DNA of 64,000 nt, taken from the human T2T-CHM13v2.0 reference genome, Homo sapiens. A program made the translations under genes and the position numbers. Numbering within the stretch: position 1 is the first letter of the stretch; every line of letters begins with the position of its first letter. Shown piece by piece: positions 57,501 to 64,000 of this stretch. The notes beneath the pieces are model-generated. The model did not search any database. It had not been told where the DNA came from and saw only the letters and a list, made by a program, of their open reading frames with translations. Location of the stretch: NCBI GenBank assembly GCA_009914755.4, contig CP086569.2, positions 5,920,001 to 5,984,000 of the forward strand. The letters run 5' to 3'.

Positions 57501-60430
57501 GCCCTGCTTTAAGTGTACCATGTAAACTTTATGAAAAGAAGATTAATGATGGAGTTACAGGCTGTGTACACACTGTGAATGTATCAGCAACAGACTTGGT
57601 CCATGGATTTACTGCCAAAAATTCAGTCTGTGTCCATGGTATGACTGTGTCAGTCTCATCCTGTAACAGAGGACTTGGGACTGAACATTCAGACTCTGTC
57701 CAGATATTTACAATTAGAGACTTAGACTGCATCATGGGATTTACAGCTGGAAATTCAGCCTCATTCCAAGTGTTTACTTATAGATATTTTGTTTAGGTCC
57801 ATAGTGTGACTGTATCAGGTACAGGTTGTAACCAGAAATTGATTGCTGGTGATTTTGTCTGTGTCCATGTTATGAATATATCAGCTAGAGCCTCTCTCCT
57901 GAGAATTATTATTAGAAATACATCCGTGTACTGCAGTGTGTCTATATGAGTTACAGCCAATGCTAAGTGACTTATTGCTGGCAACAGATCCTGGGTCCAT
58001 GATGTGACTTTCTCAGTTTTAGACTGTCTCCATAGATTTACTACTACATAAACATTCTTAGCCAATGGTTTCACTCTATCAATAAGTATATGTACAGAGA
58101 TTATTGATTTTAGAATGAGCCTGGGTCCACAGTAAGACAATTTCTGTTTCAAGCTTTGTGGAGGGATTTACTCCTACAGGTTCATCTTGGTTCTGTGGTA
58201 TAACTGCAGCAGGTATAGGCTGTGTCCAGTCATTTACTTTTGGAGATTCAGTCTTGGTCTACTGTATGAAGGTATCAGTTTCATATTGTTTCCAGAGATT
58301 TATGGCAGGTAATTTGACTTGGTTCCAGAGTTTGATTGTATAAGCTATTGCCTGTGTCAAATGCTTTACTGCTGAAGATTCATCTTGGTCCCATGGTTTG
58401 ATTCTATAAGATAGATACTGTGTAAAAGGATTCATTGCTGGAGAGTCATCCTGAATCCACAGTATAGTACTATCACCCAGAGACTGCCCAGGGATTTACA
58501 GCTGAAAATTCAGGCTTGGTCCACAGCTTGTCTGCATCAGCTGTTGTCTGTGTCCATGAATTTACTGCTAGAGAATTAACCAGGATCCACTCTGTGACTG
58601 TATACATTTCAGACTTTGTCCATGCATTTCCCTCTTTAAGTTCAGCCTAATTCCTTGGTAGGACCATATCAGCTGTAGCCTCTCTCCAGGCATTCATTGC
58701 TGGAGTTTCACCCAGAATCCATGTTTGAGTCCAAGATACTGGTGGATGTTCAGGGTGGGTCCATGATAGGAATATATCATGTGTCCAGGGACTTACTCCT
58801 AGAGTTTCAGCCAGAATCCATGTTGTGAGTATATCAGTTTCAGACTGTTTCCAATGATGTAATAATAGCGATTCAGCCTGGATACACATTATTATGACTG
58901 TATCAGATATAGGAGAATATATTCATGAATTCATCACTAGTGATTCATCATTGGTCCCTAGTGTGATTATATCAGTTACCTACTGTTTCCAGGAATGTAT
59001 TGCTGGAACCTCAATCTGGGTTCACAGTGTTATTGCCTCAGTATCAAACTGTATCCAGTAATTTACTGCTGGCAAATAAGCCATGGTCCACAATGAGACT
59101 GGATTAAATTCAGATGGGAGTAAGTTATTTCCTTCTAGATATTCAGGCTGCAATTTTTCCATGGATTTATTGGTGGCATTTCATCAAGGGTCAATGGTAT
59201 GACAGTTTCAGCTACAGTTTTTGCCCAGAGATTCACTGTTGTAAATCTATCCTGGATCCATGGTGTGACTGTCTTAGCTATACGAATATGTCAAGGGAAA
59301 TAAGGCTGGAAATTCTTCTTGGTTCCAACATGTGACTTTATCAGATACAGAATGTGTCCAGAGATTCACTGCTGGAGATTTGGCAATAGTTCACAGTATG
59401 ATTGGATCAGTTTCAGACTGTCTTCAGGATGTTAATTTTTGAAATTCAGCCTTTGTCCATGTTGTGACTGTATCTGCTAACATCTTGGTCCAAGAGTTTA
59501 CTATTGGAGTTTCAGTCTGGGTCCACAGTGGGACTGTGTGAGTTTTAGATTGTGTCCAGGGATTTAATTCTTGAGACTCTCCCTGCATCCATTGTGTTAG
59601 TACGGTAGCTTTACTTTGTACCCAGGGGTCAATTACACCAATGTCTTTCTGATTCCAGGGTCTCAAAGTGTCATCTTCAGCTTGGGTCCACGATCTAACT
59701 TTAACACTTTCAAACTTGCCCCAGAGTCTAAATGCATAAGCTTCATGTTGTATCCAGTCTCTTAACTTATCAGTCACAGGTTGGTTCCAAAACCTCAATA
59801 TTTCAGTTTCAGACTGTATCCAATGCTGATTTGTCAGAGTTACTGGTTCTCTCCACTGTGTGACTGTCTCTGCTTGAGATCAAAACAAAAGTTTGATGAT
59901 ATCAGCTTCAGTGTGATTTCGGGGTCTGGATCTATCACCTCCAGTTTGGGGCCTGGGTACCACTGTTTCCATCCCAGTTTGGGACCAGTACCTAACTGGA
60001 TCTGCTTCTGGTTGGGTCCAGTGTTTTTCTTTCCATTCTTGAGTCTGGGTTCTGGGCCTCAGTATTTTAAATTTATGCTGAATCCAAGGTCTCATTGTTT
60101 CCATTTCAATTTGTAACTGTTGTTTAATTGTATCAGCTTTCAGGTGAGTCAAGAGTCTTCCTGATTGAGTTTCTGACTAGATTCACGTTAGGACTATGAC
60201 TGTTTTAGGCTGACTTCAGGGTTTGATCATCTCAACTTTGGAGTGAATTGAGGGCTCAATTGCATTCATAATAGGATGTATTAAGATTCATGTCTGCATC
60301 AGGGGTTTCAGTAATAATAGCCACATGTTTACTCAATGGACTCAATCTATCTATTTGATTTGAGGGCCTCATTATACTGGTTTTCTGTTGTGTCCAAGCC
60401 CTAATATTGTCACCTTTTAACTTTGCACAT
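54590..60430. repeat. Tandem array of about 5.6-5.8 kb with a degenerate 33-bp unit. In places it forms 66-bp two-unit higher-order repeats. Approximate consensus nnnCTGGGTCCAGGGTnTGACTGTATCAGnTTC. Degenerate remnants may continue to ~61300.
   Basis: The periodicity is read directly in 59424-59798, where eleven consecutive 33-bp units each carry a TCCA/GTCCAG core. The minus-strand ORFs (55635-56075, 56068-56310, 57529-58152, 58647-58889, 59424-60152) show W every 11 residues (..PWTQSEGDVLKPW.., ..SWTQAEDDTLRPWNQKDIGVIDPWVQSKATVLTQWMQGESQELNPWTQSKTHTVPLWTQTETPIVNSWTK..). Plus-strand ORFs show an LGPG periodicity. Many stop codons and frame changes break the array up. Confidence 0.85.
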
Positions 60431-61591
60431 GAAGAGTATGCAGTATAGAAGAAATCCAGAACTGAGTTGACTCAGGTTCAGTGAGAATCTAGTATCCATC
60501 TGTCCTTTCTATAATTTCTTGGGGATACAAATATATTCAACACTAGCTGACACCATGGTTCAAAGGTATGGGTTACTGTAGGATGCTGAGATCCATCTTC
60601 ATTGAGTGATCAATGAGTCCATATTTCAATTTTATTAACTATGAAAAGTACTGGTGGAATCTAGTTGTAAGTTGCTGGTTTTGCACCAGGGTTAACTCTA
60701 TGAGCTACATGATACTTTTGGTTTCTAGTACTCTCTTCACTGGATTTAATCTGCATCACTGTTCCTGTTTTATAAGCTAACAATTGTTTCTAAGTTTCAA
60801 CTTCAGGAGTAATTTCTAGCCAAGGTTTAGCTACAAGTTGTCCATGAGATGGAACATTAATAAATTGAACTTGAGATTGACCAGTATCCATCTTAACAGG
60901 AACTTGAGATTCACCTATCCCACTTGAAAAGAGAAACCAGGATGTACCAGCATTAACTAATGGTAGAGTATGAAGCCTAATTGTACTAGCTAATGTATTA
61001 ATCCAGAATCTTGCTGAATCAGTCACAGCTTAATATTTATAATCCATTGTATTTTTCTCAGGAAAATTCCAGGCTATAGGTTTAATATCTGTTTGGGAGT
61101 TCTGGAGTCCAGAAAAAAAAAGAAATATTGAGAAGTTTCCATTTCTGGGGTACTCCAGCATTCAGCTGTACCAGGATGATCCCGTGGTTTGGCAGCAGGA
61201 GAAATCCGGGATTGTACCATTGGGAATTTGCTAGCTGAGGAGAGGTGACCACTTTGAAAGTGTAATAGTCTATTGGCATGAAAAAATCTCTATTATTCTA
61301 ACCAAAAAAAAAAAAAAACATTCAGTGGGGGTTCCGGTGCTTTCTGTACACTGGGGAAGTGCTTAATCTTCTCCTCCTTATTTGTTCTGAGAATCCATGA
61401 AAGATCAAATTGTCAGAGCCTGTATTAGAGGTAACTGTATTTTGTGGACTATCTTCTACTCCAGGAGAAAAATTGCAGGGTAGAGAAAAAAATACCCCCA
61501 GTGGTTTCTGGGATGCCTTGATAAGCCATCTCATTCAAGATATGTATTGGGCTGTCCTGATGACAAGAACGGGGTCATAACAGGCTTCTGA

Positions 61592-61672
61592 GGTATCACT
61601 AACCAGGCCTACTACTGAGGTATCACTGACCAGGCCTACTACTGAGGTATCACTGACCAGGCAGTGACTGCC
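61592..61672. repeat. Three tandem copies of a 27-bp unit (ggtatcactgaccaggcctactactga).
   Basis: Sequence gaggtatcactaaccaggcctactactgaggtatcactgaccaggcctactactgaggtatcactgaccaggc.. Confidence 0.9.
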
Positions 61673-62299
61673 AAAGAGGCAAAGAACAGGATGACCTTGC
61701 TGTACCTGAATGGTTGGAAACAAAGTTAACCATATATGTTAGAAATACACATAGATGTGTAGTATACATGTATTACAATATGTAATGCATAAATTACATA
61801 TACATGCAATACATATATATTAATTATAAAATATACAGATACATATCTTGTATATGTTTATGAATACTTATATCAATAAATTATATAGTTTATATGGCTT
61901 ATATATTAAATTAAAAGATACTAAACTATAAGTATAAATTTTACTTTTCTATCTCATGTACATTTCATATTACTTGATGGGCAGTAATAAATAATATATT
62001 GTACATACTTCAAGAGTTCCATATAACACTTAGGCATAAATAATTCTAACTGTGGTTAAAACAGTAAAATCAAGCACTAGAAGGAAATTAGAGGAAGGTT
62101 CTAAACAATACAAATTACCTACATACTCAACATCATTATCTGAATATTACTTATGCCTTTAGCCAAGCAGTCTTAGGCAAAGCACAACTTATACGATCAT
62201 GTGAAATGACTGTTTGTGTCACCTCCTCTGCCATTACATTTGTTGATGCCATCATTATTTGTTTAGTCTCTCTGTTTAATTCTGATGCCCACTTGCAGC

Positions 62300-64000
62300 T
62301 TGCAGTTTGTTCTCCTAGTAGCCAGAATTATACTCAGAGTAAACACTTATTGTAAAATCGACTACATAGTTGGAAGTAAAACAATCCTCAGCAAATGCGA
62401 AAGGATAGAAATCATAACAAACAGTCTCTCAGGCCACAGTGCAATCAAACTAGAACTCAGTATTTAAAAATTCACTCAAAACTGCACAACTATGTGGAAA
62501 CTGAACAAACTGCTCCTCAATGACTGCTGGGTACATAATGAAATGAAGGCAGAAATAAAGATGTTATTTGAAACCAATAAGGACAAAGACACAGCATACC
62601 AGAATCTCTGGGAAACATTTAAAGCAGTGTTTTGAGGGAAATATATAGCACTTTTAATGTCCAGAAGAGAAAGTAGGAAACATCTTAAATTGGCACACTA
62701 ACATCAACATTAAAAGAACTAGAGAACAAGAAAAGCAAAAGCAACAAATTCAAAAGCTAGGAGAAGACAAAAATAAATAAGATCAGAACAGAACTGAAGG
62801 AAACAGAGACATGAAAACACTTCAAAAAAATCAATGAATCCAGGAGCTGGTTTTTTGAAAAGATCAACAAAATAGATAGACCACTAGCCAGACTAATGAA
62901 GAAAAGAGAGAAGAATCAGACGTAATAAAAAATGATAAAGGGGATATCACCATTGATCCCACAGAAATACAAACTACCATCAGAGAATACTGTAAACACC
63001 TCTATGCAAATAAACTAGAAAATTTAGAAGAAATGGATAAATTCCTGGATGCATACACCCTCCAAAATCTAAACCAGGAAGAAATCGAATCTCTGAATAG
63101 ACCACTAACAAGTTCTGAAATTGAGGCAGTAATTAGGAGCCTATCAACAACAACAACAACAAAAGGTCGAAGAGTAGGTTGTTCACAGAAGAATTCTACC
63201 AGAGGCACAAAGAGGAGCTGGTACCATTCCTTCTGAAACTATTCCAAACAATAGAAAAACAGGAAATCCACCCTAACTCATTTTATGAGGCCAGAATCAT
63301 CCTGATATCAACATCTGACAGAGACACAGCAAAATAAGAAAATTTCAGGCCAATGTCTCTGATGAACATTGATGCAAAAATCCTCAATGAAACACTGGCA
63401 AACCAAATCCAGCAGAATATCAAAAAGTGTATCCACCATGAAGAAGTCACGTTCATGCTTGGGATGCAAGGCTGATTCAACATGCACAAATCAATAAACC
63501 TAATCCATCACATAAAGAGAATCAATGACAAAAACCACATGATTATCTCAACAGATCCAGAAAAGCCCCTCGATAAAATTCAACATACTTCATGATAAAA
63601 ACTGTCAGTGAACTAGGTATTGATGGAATGCATTTCAGAATAATAAAGCTACTCATGACAAAACCATAGCCAATATAATACTGAATGGCAGAACCTGGAA
63701 GCTTTCCATTTAAAAACCTGCCCAAGACAAGGTTACCCCCTCTCTCACCATTCCTATTCACCACAGTTTTGGAAGTTCTGACAAGGGCGATCAGACAAGA
63801 GAAAGAAAGTGTATTCAAAGAGAAAGAGAAGAAATCAAATTGTCTCTGTTTGCAGATCACAAGATTGTATATTTAGAAAATTGCACTGTCTCACCTCAAA
63901 ATCTCCTTAAGCTTATAAGCAACTTCAGGAAAGTCTCAAGATACAAAATCAATGTGCATACATCACAAGCATTCCTATACTCCAATAGCAGACAAGCAGA
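62300..64000 (+). mobile_element. 5'-truncated L1 (ORF2 region) extending beyond the window end.
   Basis: Plus-strand translation matches L1 ORF2 from the end of the endonuclease domain (..KIDYIVGSKTILSKCERIEIITNSLSGHSAIKLELSI.., ..[11 protein letters not shown].., [37 protein letters not shown].., ..[20 protein letters not shown]..). Multiple stops and frameshifts. Confidence 0.85.

Noticed and set aside
54690-60152. Strings of 60-187-aa ORFs on both strands across the 33-bp repeat array, considered as a possible repeat-protein gene.
   Set aside because: Both strands are open because the unit lacks stops. Reading frames switch every few hundred bp, and I could not identify a start, splice signals or a flanking exon structure. 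Reported as a repeat with a coding-like signature rather than as a CDS.

Overview
This window is primate, almost certainly human, nuclear genomic DNA rather than prokaryotic sequence. It is full of Alu SINEs, L1 LINEs (both strands), a MaLR-type LTR and (GT)n/(CA)n microsatellites. There are no bacterial-style operons, CRISPR arrays or rRNA/tRNA genes.

The organising feature is an old, diverged inverted duplication (palindrome). Arm 1 runs from position 1 (truncated by the window edge) to about 7375. Arm 2 runs from about 42005 to at least 49500. The arms are roughly 85-90% identical by eye (not computed) and are separated by a spacer of about 34.6 kb.

Each arm carries a head-to-head pair of intron-containing TSPY/NAP-family pseudogenes flanking a shared GC/CpG-rich island:
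- One member is clearly TSPY-like. Its exon 1 translation contains MRPEGSLTYRVP...[23 protein letters not shown]...[11 protein letters not shown]...[14 protein letters not shown], and exons 2-5 keep TSPY exon sizes and GT-AG borders. It is disabled by a premature stop at codon 13 and a frameshift.
- The other member is a much more diverged TSPY-family paralogue that still shows a five-exon TSPY-like layout.

A third, 5'-truncated copy of the diverged paralogue lies at about 12580-14030 next to an old L1. The palindrome's inner boundary falls inside exon 2 of the TSPY-like gene, so the arm-1 copy keeps exons 3-5 in the unique spacer while the arm-2 copy is truncated.

The second striking feature is a tandem array of about 5.6 kb at roughly 54.6-60.4 kb. 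Its 33-bp unit (11 codons) keeps a TGG/CCA (Trp) position in frame over more than 100 codons, yet the array is interrupted by stops and frame shifts.

The context resembles Y-chromosome ampliconic or TSPY-associated sequence. Chromosomal assignment cannot be proven from the sequence alone.
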